64,000 bases of DNA from a virus: IMG/VR virus record IMGVR_UViG_3300017960_000001, positions 30,120 through 94,119 of that record, one strand, 5' to 3'. Below the pieces are notes generated by a model that was not told the origin of the DNA, made no database searches, and saw only the letters and a program-made list of their open reading frames with translations. This document shows, piece after piece, positions 19,697-30,117 of this stretch (position 1 is the stretch's first letter; each line of letters starts with the position of its first letter). The translations under genes and the position numbers were made by a program.

Positions 19697-22600
19697 TGAG
19701 GCGACCGTATATCGACTGGGACCCCGCCGAGAACCGCGAGCTTGTGCTGGCGCGGGACGGCGGGCCCTACGTGTTCACGGCCGACGACCACCAAACTCTG
19801 AGGAAGCTCGTCACGTTCAACGGCGGGCCCCGATCGATCAACTACGACTCGCCTGTCCACGCGATCCAGAGGTTGCGGTTCGCCGCCGGTTCGCCCGGCG
19901 GGGTGATCGTTGATCAGTGGCCGGTGATGCCGAACAAGTGGGGCTACGCCGGGCACCCGTCCGGCGAGCCTGAGCCTCAGTTCCTCTGCAACAACTACGG
20001 CTCTCCCTACACCCGATCTGGGGCGCGACTTCCCCTGCGTGGCTACCTCGCCACGGGGCTCGGCGGGATCGAAACATCGATCGCGGCGAAGTGGACCGAC
20101 GCGCTCCTGCGCGACGCACCCGAGACTCCGGTCCGCGGGGCGTGGACCGGGGTGGTGCTGTCCGCGCTGAACCTGACCTCGATTTTCCCGGGGTCGCACG
20201 TCGACTTCTATTCGGTCCACGGCAAGCGCGCCGGCGACACCGGATGGAAGCACAGGGGCGGCGACACGTTCACCACCGCGGAGTCGATCGCGGTGGCGAA
20301 CGACATCTTTTCGAGCGGCAACAAGGTGGTGGTCGACCCCGGTCCTCTGGACGACATCACAGTCCGCGCCCTGTACGAGTCCGGGGGATGGCAACCCCTC
20401 CACACCACCGCCAACGGGGACGCGACTCAGGGGGGCGCTCACGCGGCCGAGGACATCGCCGCGGTGGCGGCGTTGGTGCAAGGTGGAGCGGCGGTTTACG
20501 GGGGCTATCCTCCCGCGGATCCGCAGACCCGCTATTACTTCACCGAGCTTGAGCTGGCGCAGTTCGAGCCGTTCGTGATGAACAAGGCGGTGTGGGAATA
20601 TCGAGACTTCCTCGACGCATTCAATCACCTCTACTTGTTCCCGTTTCCTCCTCCGTATGCGGCATTTGGGAGCACGGTCTACTCGTACCCGGACCTGATC
20701 CACCCGCCGCTCGGATCGACGCACGCCCCGCTGAACCTGCGGGTCAACGACCCCGACCTCGGGTGGTGCGTCGAGATGGGGCAGGACTCCTACTTGTTGG
20801 GCTACGGTGCCGACGAATTCTGGCCGGTGGACACGCAGTCTCCGACCGAGCTTTGCACGTCTGACCCGTGGACGTTTACCGACGATGCACCGTTCGCTTT
20901 CGCTATCAGGCTGAAGCTCGAAGGGGCGTCGTTCGAGTACCCGGAAAAGAACATCTTCAGCTTCGGCGACGTGTACCAACGGGGCAGCAATTTCAGCAAC
21001 GGGATCGGCATTGCGATCCAAGTCGGTTTTATCAACGTCCGCTATTGGGACAACGGTTTCTGGAATCTGCTACAGGCGCAGGTCTCTCCCGAGGTGCTCT
21101 CGTCGGCGCCGCTCGACCTCGCGGTGGCGTGGACCGGGGCCGATGGTGATCGGTCCGGCTACGGTCCGAGGATCCTGCGGTTGCTGGTGAACGGGCGCAC
21201 GGTCGCCGCCGTCGAGACGTCCGGTGTAAATCAATACTTCGCCGGGACGGCTCGCGCCTTCATCGGGCACTCGCCTGAGTCTGGACCGTACCCGGGTTTC
21301 GAGGGCAAGTTCCGCCGGGCCCGGGTGTGGTGCTACGACCTGTCCGACGACGAGCTTCGCCGGGCGTTCGACGACGCTGAGTCTCCGGTGGTGACGTCGG
21401 GGAACTTCGACGAGCCGGCGGCCGACGGCGCACCGGGAGAGGCCGAGGGGTGGACGTGGTCCGAGCACGGATCGGAGAACCCGCTCGCCGCGTTCCGTAG
21501 CAGCCCGTGGGCGACGCCGGAGGAGGAGTTCGGGTGGGGAGACGAGGCTCCGTCGGTCACGTTCGAGGGGCCGACATGGGATCTGAGGATCGCGGTTCAG
21601 CATTCGGTGGGGGCGGTGACCCCGGCGCCCTCGAATCGGATCATCCTCTACAACAACGACTATCGACAATACCTCAGGACCGGGTGCGGGATCAGGATCC
21701 AAGGGTCGACCGGGCTCGACGGATACTGGACCGTTTCGTCTTTCTGGTATGCCGGTTCGCACACCTACATCGAGACGGTCGAGGACATCCTGACCACGAC
21801 GGCCGACGGGCTCTGTGAGATCCCGCGGGTGGCCGATTTCTCGTCGCACGTGTTCACCGGGCAGTGGGCTCAGTTCTGGGATATTTGGTTCGACGACCCG
21901 GCCGCGGTCACCGCCGACGAGCTTGCCCTCGTCCTGAACTCCTACTTGCAGCACACCACCGCCCGGGCGCGTGGCGACAACGTGACCCTGCGATCGAACT
22001 ACGCCGGGTCGACGGTCCTACTGCAATGGGATTTCGAGGGGAACACTGGCTCGGATTGGGGGGTGGACGACGTCGGGATCGCCGACACCTGGGACGACGT
22101 GTCCGCGATCGCAGCTGTGTTCGCCGAGGGGTCGGACATCGCCGGCACCGCCGAGACGTTTTTCTGGTTCGAGCAATACGACGATTTCGAGAGCGCGGGC
22201 CCCGTCGAGGCCGAGTTCCTCTCCTACTACGAGGTGCTCAACGGTGTCGGTGTGCCGCGGGTCCTGCCCCGCGACGCGGACACGTTCGGCGAGGGGTGGA
22301 ACGACGACCCGCTCTCGCTACCGGTGGGGGACTGGTACTCGCCGCAGCAACGCAACGGCAGGATCTACGGGGACCCGGTCAGCTTCCCGTTGCAGATCAA
22401 GGCGAACCGCGATCAACTCTGGGCCTGGGACTACTCCGATCCGACCAACCTGTACGAGGTGGCGGTGACGTCGGGGATCTACGACACACCGGCCGCGCTG
22501 CTCACCGACCTGCAAACTCTGTGGGCGGCGCAATTCCCTCTGTCGCCGAACACCTTCGGCGCCGAGGAGCAGCCCGACGGGACCTACCGGATCTGGCTCG

Positions 22601-23058
22601 GGTGGGACGGGGTGACCGCGGTTCCGACGGTCGCCGCGGCGCAGCTTTACGCGGGGCCGAATCTGTCCTACGAGGAGGGAGCCCGCGAAGCTCTCGGGTT
22701 CAACGGCACCGGACCGAACGACACCACCGGAGAGATCCGGGCACCAGAGGAGGCGATCGAGGGGACGTCGCCGCCGTGGGACGAGAGCGAGCTATACGGA
22801 TCGGACAAGTGGACCCTCGCCTCGTACTCGCTATATGCGATCGGAGGCGGACATCAGGACGACCCGATCTGGCCGGGGCTACAACCGGCGATCTTCGACG
22901 TGTCGATCGGTTCACCTCAGGGCGTCGAGCTGATCGACCCGGCGGGGTGGGGCGGCGCGTTGATCGATCCGCTGACCTACGTGTGGACAGATGACTGCTT
23001 GTTCGATACCGACGTCGGGCCGGGCGAGTTGTTCGAGGACTTCGAGGAAGGATGGTAA
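19696..23058 (+). CDS. Large baseplate/receptor-binding protein with LamG-like domain
   Basis: LAVAWTG...LRLLVNG...FIG...FEGKFRRARVW..DLSDDEL; 1120 aa, acidic and aromatic. Confidence 0.65.
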   Translation: MRRPYIDWDPAENRELVLARDGGPYVFTADDHQTLRKLVTFNGGPRSINYDSPVHAIQRLRFAAGSPGGVIVDQWPVMPNKWGYAGHPSGEPEPQFLCNNYGSPYTRSGARLPLRGYLATGLGGIETSIAAKWTDALLRDAPETPVRGAWTGVVLSALNLTSIFPGSHVDFYSVHGKRAGDTGWKHRGGDTFTTAESIAVANDIFSSGNKVVVDPGPLDDITVRALYESGGWQPLHTTANGDATQGGAHAAEDIAAVAALVQGGAAVYGGYPPADPQTRYYFTELELAQFEPFVMNKAVWEYRDFLDAFNHLYLFPFPPPYAAFGSTVYSYPDLIHPPLGSTHAPLNLRVNDPDLGWCVEMGQDSYLLGYGADEFWPVDTQSPTELCTSDPWTFTDDAPFAFAIRLKLEGASFEYPEKNIFSFGDVYQRGSNFSNGIGIAIQVGFINVRYWDNGFWNLLQAQVSPEVLSSAPLDLAVAWTGADGDRSGYGPRILRLLVNGRTVAAVETSGVNQYFAGTARAFIGHSPESGPYPGFEGKFRRARVWCYDLSDDELRRAFDDAESPVVTSGNFDEPAADGAPGEAEGWTWSEHGSENPLAAFRSSPWATPEEEFGWGDEAPSVTFEGPTWDLRIAVQHSVGAVTPAPSNRIILYNNDYRQYLRTGCGIRIQGSTGLDGYWTVSSFWYAGSHTYIETVEDILTTTADGLCEIPRVADFSSHVFTGQWAQFWDIWFDDPAAVTADELALVLNSYLQHTTARARGDNVTLRSNYAGSTVLLQWDFEGNTGSDWGVDDVGIADTWDDVSAIAAVFAEGSDIAGTAETFFWFEQYDDFESAGPVEAEFLSYYEVLNGVGVPRVLPRDADTFGEGWNDDPLSLPVGDWYSPQQRNGRIYGDPVSFPLQIKANRDQLWAWDYSDPTNLYEVAVTSGIYDTPAALLTDLQTLWAAQFPLSPNTFGAEEQPDGTYRIWLGWDGVTAVPTVAAAQLYAGPNLSYEEGAREALGFNGTGPNDTTGEIRAPEEAIEGTSPPWDESELYGSDKWTLASYSLYAIGGGHQDDPIWPGLQPAIFDVSIGSPQGVELIDPAGWGGALIDPLTYVWTDDCLFDTDVGPGELFEDFEEGW

Positions 23059-23061
23059 CTC

Positions 23062-23766
23062 ATGAGCAGTGTTGATTGGACGGAGCAAGGAAACTCACTC
23101 TCGGCCGGCATCGTGGCCCGCGGGGCGACCGGCGGGATCACGCCGCCGAACGGTGGAGGCTCCGCGGTGTACGCGATGAACTGTCTGGACGGGACGGTGA
23201 TCGGCGGCGTCGCTCTCCGCGTCGCGCTGTCGGACTACAACCCGACCGCGAAAGGTGCGTCGGTCCGGGGCACGGTGAAGAAGCTTTCGAGCGCGTCCAA
23301 CACAGGCTTCACCCCGTTCCTATTCTGCATGTGCGGGGGCACGGACATCGACGACAACGCCTATATTCTCGGCCTCGAAAACCGGCACCCGTACCGGATC
23401 GTTTTGGTGAAGGGATCGCTGCTCGCCGGTGTTCCCGAGGCGGTCGACGGTGCCTACCTGCGACGGTCCTCCGACGAGTACCAGATCACCGAGGACAAGC
23501 ACCACCACCTCAGGCTCGACGCGATCGCACAACCCTCCGGGGACGTGTACTTGCAGGTCTACGAAAACGACCTCGACGTCAACCCTGTCACCGCCCCGGT
23601 GTGGACGGCGATCCCGGGAATGGCTCAGTTCGTGGACGACGTCGCGGGGATCAACTCTGGCTCGGTACCGTACACCGCCGGTTACCTGGGGTTCGGGTCG
23701 ATCTTCCAAGAGGCGGTGTCAACCCGTGTAGCGTTCGACCACTTCCAAGCTCTGAGGCAGACCTAG
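23062..23766 (+). CDS. Beta-sandwich virion protein
   Basis: Structural context; HHLRLD...GYLGFG...VAFDHF lectin-like pattern. Confidence 0.65.
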   Translation: MSSVDWTEQGNSLSAGIVARGATGGITPPNGGGSAVYAMNCLDGTVIGGVALRVALSDYNPTAKGASVRGTVKKLSSASNTGFTPFLFCMCGGTDIDDNAYILGLENRHPYRIVLVKGSLLAGVPEAVDGAYLRRSSDEYQITEDKHHHLRLDAIAQPSGDVYLQVYENDLDVNPVTAPVWTAIPGMAQFVDDVAGINSGSVPYTAGYLGFGSIFQEAVSTRVAFDHFQALRQT

Positions 23767-23768
23767 CG

Positions 23769-24239
23769 ATGGGGATCACTCCACCACTCCCGGGGACGCC
23801 GTCCGACGGGCAGCTGCCCCCGATGCCGGACCCGCCGAAGGGTGACCCGACGGTGTACCGCGGAGACGGTACCTTCTTCAAAGCGAGCCGGGCAATTCTG
23901 ACCGGTCGCCGCGAGGACGCGGATGGGGTTTATCGGTTCATCCTCGGCGCCGACGATCCGAACGAGGTTGTCGAGCTTTCCGAGGGCGGATCGGAGGTGT
24001 CGGCGGTGATCGACTTGACCGACGCCGACCTGATCAGCTTCAACGCCGAGGCGGTGGTGCCTGCGGTGCCGGCCGGGGCGAGTGAGGCGTGGGTTGTCAG
24101 CATCCTGATCGACGGGGTTCTGCTCGCCCGGCACGACCTCGCCGCCGAGCAAACCACCGATCTCTCTGACCTCGGCGCGCCGGTTCGTCGGTACACCGGC
24201 GAGCACGAAGTAACGCTCCGCTTTTGGTGGCAGGTGTAG
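23769..24239 (+). CDS. Hypothetical virion protein
   Basis: ATG 23769 directly after the previous stop; in frame with the listed ORF. Confidence 0.65.
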   Translation: MGITPPLPGTPSDGQLPPMPDPPKGDPTVYRGDGTFFKASRAILTGRREDADGVYRFILGADDPNEVVELSEGGSEVSAVIDLTDADLISFNAEAVVPAVPAGASEAWVVSILIDGVLLARHDLAAEQTTDLSDLGAPVRRYTGEHEVTLRFWWQV

Positions 24240-24242
24240 ACC

Positions 24243-26531
24243 ATGGGAATCACGACCGGACAGCTGCTCGCAATGCTCTCCTCGGAGGAGGCGAGCGTCG
24301 CAACGATCGTCGGGGACTTCGCGCTCGTCATGCGGGCCCCGTTGCCCGACGAAGTGCAGGTCCCGCTCGGGTCGACGGTGGCGCTCAGGGTGGTCGCGCT
24401 CGAGGGGGATCCGGTCGTCGCCGGCGAGGGGGTTTCCGAACTGGAAATCCGGGTCGACGGGACTCTCGTTTTCGACCTCACCGGAGGGTTGTTCGTCGAC
24501 GTGGATTGGCAGGGGGCCGGGAACGCTCAGGCTCCGCACACCGCAACCGATCCGTACACCTTTCATGAGGTGACGCTGGACCCGACGTCGCCGCCTCAAT
24601 GGACCACCGAGCAGGTCGTGACCGTCGAGGTGTCCGGCGAGGATCACCTGTCGAACACGTTCTCGGAGAGCTACAGTTTCACCGCGCTGGACGTCACACC
24701 GCCGCAGGTTGTGTCGGCCGAGGCGATCGATCGACAGCAGGTCCGGGTCACGTTCTCGGAAGCAATGGCGACGACCCCGCAGAACGGCGCCGCGGAGGTG
24801 ACGTCGACGAACGCCGGCCCGTTCAACCTCTCTGGCGGTGAGACTCTCATCGTGGCGATCGGGGGCGAGCAGCAAACGCTAACCTTCGATGCGCCGATGT
24901 TCCTCGCTCCGGGGGCGGCGACCGACGCCGAGGTCGCGTTCGCTATCTCAGCCTTGCTGGACGGCGCCGCTGGCTCAGAGGCCGCGGGCGGGGGTGTCAC
25001 CATCGCCACCGACGACCGCGGCGACTCAGTCTCGCTTCAGGTCCTCGGAGGGACGGCGAATGCAGTGCTCGGGTTTCCGGTCGCGGCGGCCTACGGATCC
25101 TCGGCCTACGTGCTCGCGGCCGAGAACTTCACGTTCACCCGGCACAACGTCTTTCCAGAGGTGGCGGTCAGCCTGACGGCCGAATCGGTGCAGCTGGTCG
25201 ACGGGTCCGGCGATACTCAGGTGGACGTCTCGACGCAGTGGGCCATGACCCCGGGCGCACCCTACCGCGTGACGGTCGACGACGACGTCGAGGACGCGCA
25301 TTCTGTGCCGATCGACCCCGACTACCTATCGGCCGAGTTCGACGGTTGGAGCCCGCCGTGGCCGGCGAGGCGGGACGCGAGCCTCGAGGTCCCGGCTGAC
25401 CTGTACGAAAAGGACGCCACCGGGCACGCGACCGCGATCATCAATTGCTTCCAAGAGGTCGAGGACCTGATCCTCTACGACATCGACACGCTGATCGATC
25501 CGATCGACCCGGACCTTGCGTCGGACGCGGAGATCGACCTGCACCTGACCGAGTTGGGGAACCCGTTCGATTGGGCCGACCTCGACCTGACCGCGGCGCA
25601 ACGACGCAAGCTCGCCGAGTTGTTGCCGACCCTGTACCAGTACCGCGGGACGGCGCAGGGGATAGAGGCTGCGATCCGGTTGCTACTGGAAATCGAGGTC
25701 GAGGTGGTGCCGCATTGGGCCGAGGTCTGGGTGCTCGGCGAGGACCTCCTCGGAGATTACTACCCGGCGCAAGTATTGTCGGCCAACCCGCAGACCTACA
25801 ATCTTTCGGCGGCGTCGCTCGACCTTTGGATTGCGGTGGACGGGGGGCACACGATCCAGGGAGTCGACACCGGCGCGCCGAGCTTCACGGTCCCGGGGCC
25901 GGTGGCCTCCCTGTTCACCGCCGGCACGATCTTCCGGGTGGTCGACTCTACTGGCAACGACGCGACCTATGAGGTCGACGCGGCCGGCTCGACCGACACC
26001 GGCGACGAGACGATCATCCCGCTGACCACCACCCCGCCGAGCGCGCTGGCGGACGGGCGCATCGTCGACCGGATCGAGTTCTCGAACGTGGCGGGGATCG
26101 ACTTCGCCACCCCGACCGCGGCGACGGCCGACGAGGTCGCCACGGCGATCGCGGCCCGCACGGAAGCAGGCGCAGCTGCGCTCGATCCCGGGGGCGGTAC
26201 GGTGGTCGCTGTGATCTCGACCAACCCGACGGGAACGATCCAAGTAGTAGGGGGCACCGCCAACGCGGTGCTCGGTTTCGATACGAGTCTGCACAGTTCG
26301 ACGGGCGGTTGTGTCCTCGGTCCGACAGACTCTCGCGGGATTCGAACCTTTGACATCGTGACGAACGAAACGCTATCGTCTTTGGAGGAGTCGTTGATCG
26401 AACGGATCGCGGTTCGCTTCAAGATGGTCAACGAACACTTCGGCAGGATCCGCACCGGCTACGTGGTTTCCGACGACGGAATCTGGCGGCTCGGATCAAG
26501 CCGGCTAGGGGACGACACGGTCCTCGGCTGA
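24243..26531 (+). CDS. Phage tail protein I-like baseplate/fibre-attachment protein with Ig-like and inserted domains
   Basis: IDPDLA...LGNPF...RRKLA..LYQYRGTAQGIEAAIRLLL; WVLG..LLG and WRLGSSRLG motifs. Confidence 0.78.
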   Translation: MGITTGQLLAMLSSEEASVATIVGDFALVMRAPLPDEVQVPLGSTVALRVVALEGDPVVAGEGVSELEIRVDGTLVFDLTGGLFVDVDWQGAGNAQAPHTATDPYTFHEVTLDPTSPPQWTTEQVVTVEVSGEDHLSNTFSESYSFTALDVTPPQVVSAEAIDRQQVRVTFSEAMATTPQNGAAEVTSTNAGPFNLSGGETLIVAIGGEQQTLTFDAPMFLAPGAATDAEVAFAISALLDGAAGSEAAGGGVTIATDDRGDSVSLQVLGGTANAVLGFPVAAAYGSSAYVLAAENFTFTRHNVFPEVAVSLTAESVQLVDGSGDTQVDVSTQWAMTPGAPYRVTVDDDVEDAHSVPIDPDYLSAEFDGWSPPWPARRDASLEVPADLYEKDATGHATAIINCFQEVEDLILYDIDTLIDPIDPDLASDAEIDLHLTELGNPFDWADLDLTAAQRRKLAELLPTLYQYRGTAQGIEAAIRLLLEIEVEVVPHWAEVWVLGEDLLGDYYPAQVLSANPQTYNLSAASLDLWIAVDGGHTIQGVDTGAPSFTVPGPVASLFTAGTIFRVVDSTGNDATYEVDAAGSTDTGDETIIPLTTTPPSALADGRIVDRIEFSNVAGIDFATPTAATADEVATAIAARTEAGAAALDPGGGTVVAVISTNPTGTIQVVGGTANAVLGFDTSLHSSTGGCVLGPTDSRGIRTFDIVTNETLSSLEESLIERIAVRFKMVNEHFGRIRTGYVVSDDGIWRLGSSRLGDDTVLG

Positions 26532-26544
26532 GGGAGAGCACGGC

Positions 26545-28980
26545 ATGGACAAACGAGATTTCTATTACCTCGAGCGGGTTTTGGAGAGCGACTTGGATCA
26601 GGTCCAAGCGTTCGTCGAGACTGCGATCAAGGCGTCGCGCTCGGACCTCGGCGAGTTCGGGATCCACGACGGCGGCGACGTGGTGCAGAACGCCCCGCCG
26701 GATCTCAATGTGTTGGTCGGCGGACCGGCGCAGCTGTCCGACGCCGAGGGCAACCGGATCGCGTGGTCGACTCAGCAAACCGTCGACTGCTCGCAGGACT
26801 ACCTCGGGTCGCCGACGACGGTCACCAACCCCGCCAACGAGAGATGGATCGCGGTGGTCGCCGAGTACGATCAGACGTTGTCCGATCCCGAGACGGACGG
26901 CAACGGAGTGATCGTCTATACGAGGGTTTACGATAGCTTCAATATCTACGTGGTGATGGCAACCGAGCAAGCTCTGGGCACGGGGCTGAAGGCGTCGGTC
27001 CCGTCCGACGCGGTGCTGCTCGCCGACATCCTTTTGGTGAATGCCCAGACTCAGATCCTCAACGCCGACATCGACGAGGACCGCCGCGAGGACTACACCC
27101 GGGAGACGGGCACCACGATCGCGGACCTCGTCGCCGGCACCCCGGCGGCCGCTATCACATGGCTCTACGGAGTGCTCGACGGCGTCGCGTCCGCGTCGGG
27201 GATCGTGTTCACCCCATCCGGCACCTGGCACGACGGCTCCGCTCTGGTGGCGACCAACGTCGAGGACGCGATCAACGAGGTGGTGGCCGACCTCGCCAGC
27301 GACACCGCGGCCGACGCCGGCGCTGACCGCGTCGGCGCCGAGGCACACACCACCGCCGGGGGCTACGCCGACCTCGCGCAGGGATCGGTCGAGGACCAGC
27401 TGCAATCGGTGGCCGACGACGTCGACGGACACATCGGAGGCGGGGCACCCCAGCACGCCGCGTCGGTGATCACGTTCTCGCCGGTGGGGATCATCGCGGC
27501 GACCGACGTTCAGGCTGCGATCGCCGAGTTGCTGACCGACCTCGCGGCGCAATCGGCGCCGACCGGAGCAGCTCAGGTCGGGTACCTCTCGCCGTGGGCC
27601 GTCGGGATGACGGTCAACTCCGCGCTGAACCTCAGGCCGGAACGTGACAAGCGCGAAGCACTGACCGGCGATTGGATCTCACACGCCGACCACCCGCTCG
27701 ACAAGACCCGCCTCGGCGGTACCGTCCCGCCGGGGCTCGGACTCTCCGAGGAGCTACCGCGTCAAGGGTTCTGGAATGAGAACTGGTCCAATCCTTTCTC
27801 GGGTCGGAACAGCTACCAGCTGACCGCCTTCAATCACCCGGACGTGTGCATGCTCTGGCACTCGGAGGAAGGGCTGACCGGTTCCGGCTCGACGGTGCTC
27901 CGGCCGTTCATCGCTGTACTACAGCAGATCGACGGCGGCGGCGCCGGCAACTATCCGCACATCCTGATCTTCGATCCCGAGGACATCGCCGGCGGAACGA
28001 TCGCCGACTTCACTCTGTCCGGTTTCACCGGGCACACCACCGGCCCGCTCTACGGTGAGGCGATGTGCTCGAACGGCGGCGAGCTTCTCGTCTGCATCAA
28101 CGACGGCGCGGCGGACTTCGTCGGCAAGTTCACGATCGCCTCCGGCGTGGGCACACACGGCTGGGTGTTCAACTTCGGAGCGAACGTGTACGGGGCCTAT
28201 CCGTCCAACCGGATCAGGATCGTGAACGACAACGGCGACATGGTGATCGCGCTCGGAGGAGTCGCCACCGGTGGCGCGGGCGTGCTCCAATGCCTCGACA
28301 AAAACGGGGCGTCGAACTGGCGAGCGGACGGTGACGCCGGCGCGGCGCAGGGCAACCCGTCCGGCGGGCTCTGTTCCGACGGGACGAACGTCTATTTCAC
28401 CACCGACGCCACCGGCACCGCGACGCAATACTCGCTCTGCTCGGCGACCATCGCCGCGGGTGCCGACCCGGGGATCGTCCTGCCGCAGAACATGGCGAAC
28501 AGTCGAACCCTCCTCGATTGCTGTTTTGATGGTCGGTTCGTGTGGTTCGTCACCGGCGCCGACACGATTGGACCGGGGGCGGCCTACATCGGCTGGTATG
28601 ACCCGACCACCGACGCGGTGCAGCTGCCGGCGCACACGATCGGAGCGGCCGGCGCCGCGGCGATCGATCAACGTCATTCGGGGATGTGCTGCACCGACGG
28701 GCTGAACCTTTGGTTCCACGACTTCAACGAGCTTGCCGCAGTGGCGAACGCGATCTCGCGGTTGTCGGCGGTGCCGCTCGGCAATATCTACGACCGGCTG
28801 CAACCGGGCGACGACCCCGGCGGTTCGTGCCAGTACCTGAAGCTCCCGGGCAACGGGATCGGAGCGAAGGCGAGGCTCGGCCGGTTGGCCTTCGACGGCG
28901 ACGCGATGTATGCGATCGTCGACAACGGAACGAACACGAACATCTTGCAGAGAGTACCGCGGGCCGGCTCGCGGAATTAG
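26545..28980 (+). CDS. Tail fibre / receptor-binding protein
   Basis: DFYYLERV N-terminus, ATNV/ATDV-Q-AI-E repeats, C-terminal propeller-like (C.DG..VW/YF) repeats. Confidence 0.78.
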   Translation: MDKRDFYYLERVLESDLDQVQAFVETAIKASRSDLGEFGIHDGGDVVQNAPPDLNVLVGGPAQLSDAEGNRIAWSTQQTVDCSQDYLGSPTTVTNPANERWIAVVAEYDQTLSDPETDGNGVIVYTRVYDSFNIYVVMATEQALGTGLKASVPSDAVLLADILLVNAQTQILNADIDEDRREDYTRETGTTIADLVAGTPAAAITWLYGVLDGVASASGIVFTPSGTWHDGSALVATNVEDAINEVVADLASDTAADAGADRVGAEAHTTAGGYADLAQGSVEDQLQSVADDVDGHIGGGAPQHAASVITFSPVGIIAATDVQAAIAELLTDLAAQSAPTGAAQVGYLSPWAVGMTVNSALNLRPERDKREALTGDWISHADHPLDKTRLGGTVPPGLGLSEELPRQGFWNENWSNPFSGRNSYQLTAFNHPDVCMLWHSEEGLTGSGSTVLRPFIAVLQQIDGGGAGNYPHILIFDPEDIAGGTIADFTLSGFTGHTTGPLYGEAMCSNGGELLVCINDGAADFVGKFTIASGVGTHGWVFNFGANVYGAYPSNRIRIVNDNGDMVIALGGVATGGAGVLQCLDKNGASNWRADGDAGAAQGNPSGGLCSDGTNVYFTTDATGTATQYSLCSATIAAGADPGIVLPQNMANSRTLLDCCFDGRFVWFVTGADTIGPGAAYIGWYDPTTDAVQLPAHTIGAAGAAAIDQRHSGMCCTDGLNLWFHDFNELAAVANAISRLSAVPLGNIYDRLQPGDDPGGSCQYLKLPGNGIGAKARLGRLAFDGDAMYAIVDNGTNTNILQRVPRAGSRN

Positions 28981-28995
28981 CGGAGGAACGGCGAC

Positions 28996-29541
28996 GTGAC
29001 AGGGGGAGCGGAGGACGGATTGAACGGTGACGCCAAAGCTGTAATTGACCACGTCGACACCTTGTTCGAGGGGTTCGACAAGCGCATGCTCGAACTGCAA
29101 AAGCTCACCGGCGAGGGGGCCACGGCGATCGCAGGGATCTCAAGGGATGTCAAGAACCAAGGACGAGAGATCGGCGAATTGAAAACGGCGACGAACGACC
29201 TCCGGCGCAAGACCGAGGCGTTCCCGGGGATGATCGCTCAGGCGATCCGCGAGCACAAGCACGATTGCCCGGTGGTGGTCGCGCCGACGGTGGCGCCTCG
29301 CGGCGACGAACCGAGCCAGGTTGTCCCGGTTCCAGTTGGACCGGTCCGGCCGGACGTGGTGCCGACGGCAAGCTCGTCGTTCTTGCCATCGTCGACCGCG
29401 GTGAGGTATGTGATCCTCGTCGGGCTGTTCGTCGGGACCATGATCGCCGGCATCGTGATCGGCTCGGTAGTAAAAGCGAACGCCCCTGAGTTGGGGCCAA
29501 CACCGCCGGCCGCAGGAACGGCCGCGCGAGCAGAGGAGTAA
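28996..29541 (+). CDS. Coiled-coil membrane protein
   Basis: N-terminal coiled coil; C-terminal TM segment YVILVGLFVGTMIAGIVIG. Confidence 0.65.
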   Translation: MTGGAEDGLNGDAKAVIDHVDTLFEGFDKRMLELQKLTGEGATAIAGISRDVKNQGREIGELKTATNDLRRKTEAFPGMIAQAIREHKHDCPVVVAPTVAPRGDEPSQVVPVPVGPVRPDVVPTASSSFLPSSTAVRYVILVGLFVGTMIAGIVIGSVVKANAPELGPTPPAAGTAARAEE

Positions 29542-29546
29542 GGGAT

Positions 29547-29936
29547 ATGACGATCGAGAATTTGACCAACGAGCAGGCCGCCGGCACTGGCTTCTCGGAA
29601 GCACACGGCGCGATCGAGGGCGGGCACCTCGCCAAAATCAACGAGATCATCGACACGATCAACGGGTTGGACACCCCGAGCGAGTTCCCGTACACCCCGA
29701 CCACCGAGGCCGATTGGCCCGACCCCGACCCGACCACGTTGCAGGAGGGGCTCGACCAGCTGGCCGCTCGCCTCGAGACGACCACGACCGCGCTCGAAGC
29801 GATCGACACCGCGGCCGAGTATCCGTTCGTCGAGGGGACCCCGGGAGATTGGGCGGTGCCGAACACCAACTTGCAGCAAGCGATCGACCGGATCGCGGCG
29901 CAAGTGGCGATCCTGCTCGGCGTTCCGATTCCGTAG
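29547..29936 (+). CDS. Small fibre-like protein with two internal repeats
   Basis: FPYTP..DW..PTTLQEGLDQLA / YPFVE..DW..NTNLQQAIDRIA. Confidence 0.7.
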   Translation: MTIENLTNEQAAGTGFSEAHGAIEGGHLAKINEIIDTINGLDTPSEFPYTPTTEADWPDPDPTTLQEGLDQLAARLETTTTALEAIDTAAEYPFVEGTPGDWAVPNTNLQQAIDRIAAQVAILLGVPIP

Positions 29937-30117
29937 GACTCTCCGCGGGCCCGGCGACCGGGTCCACTTCTCCACCCCCGCACGGCAACGCCACGGGGAC
30001 GCACACCGGCTCGGTAGGGTCGACCCGCGTCCTTGCCCCCGTCACAGAGAACGGCCCTCAGATTGGCGTACAGGCTGCCTCAGAGCGAGGTGGCCGGCAC
30101 CCCGCCACACGCCCAGG

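Noticed and set aside
26545-28980. Diversity-generating retroelement acting on the fibre
   Set aside because: No reverse transcriptase and no template/variable repeat pair seen in the window
7648-29936. Stand-alone contractile injection system or tailocin
   Set aside because: Head-tail adaptor and neck genes and a full replication/recombination module are present, so it is a phage
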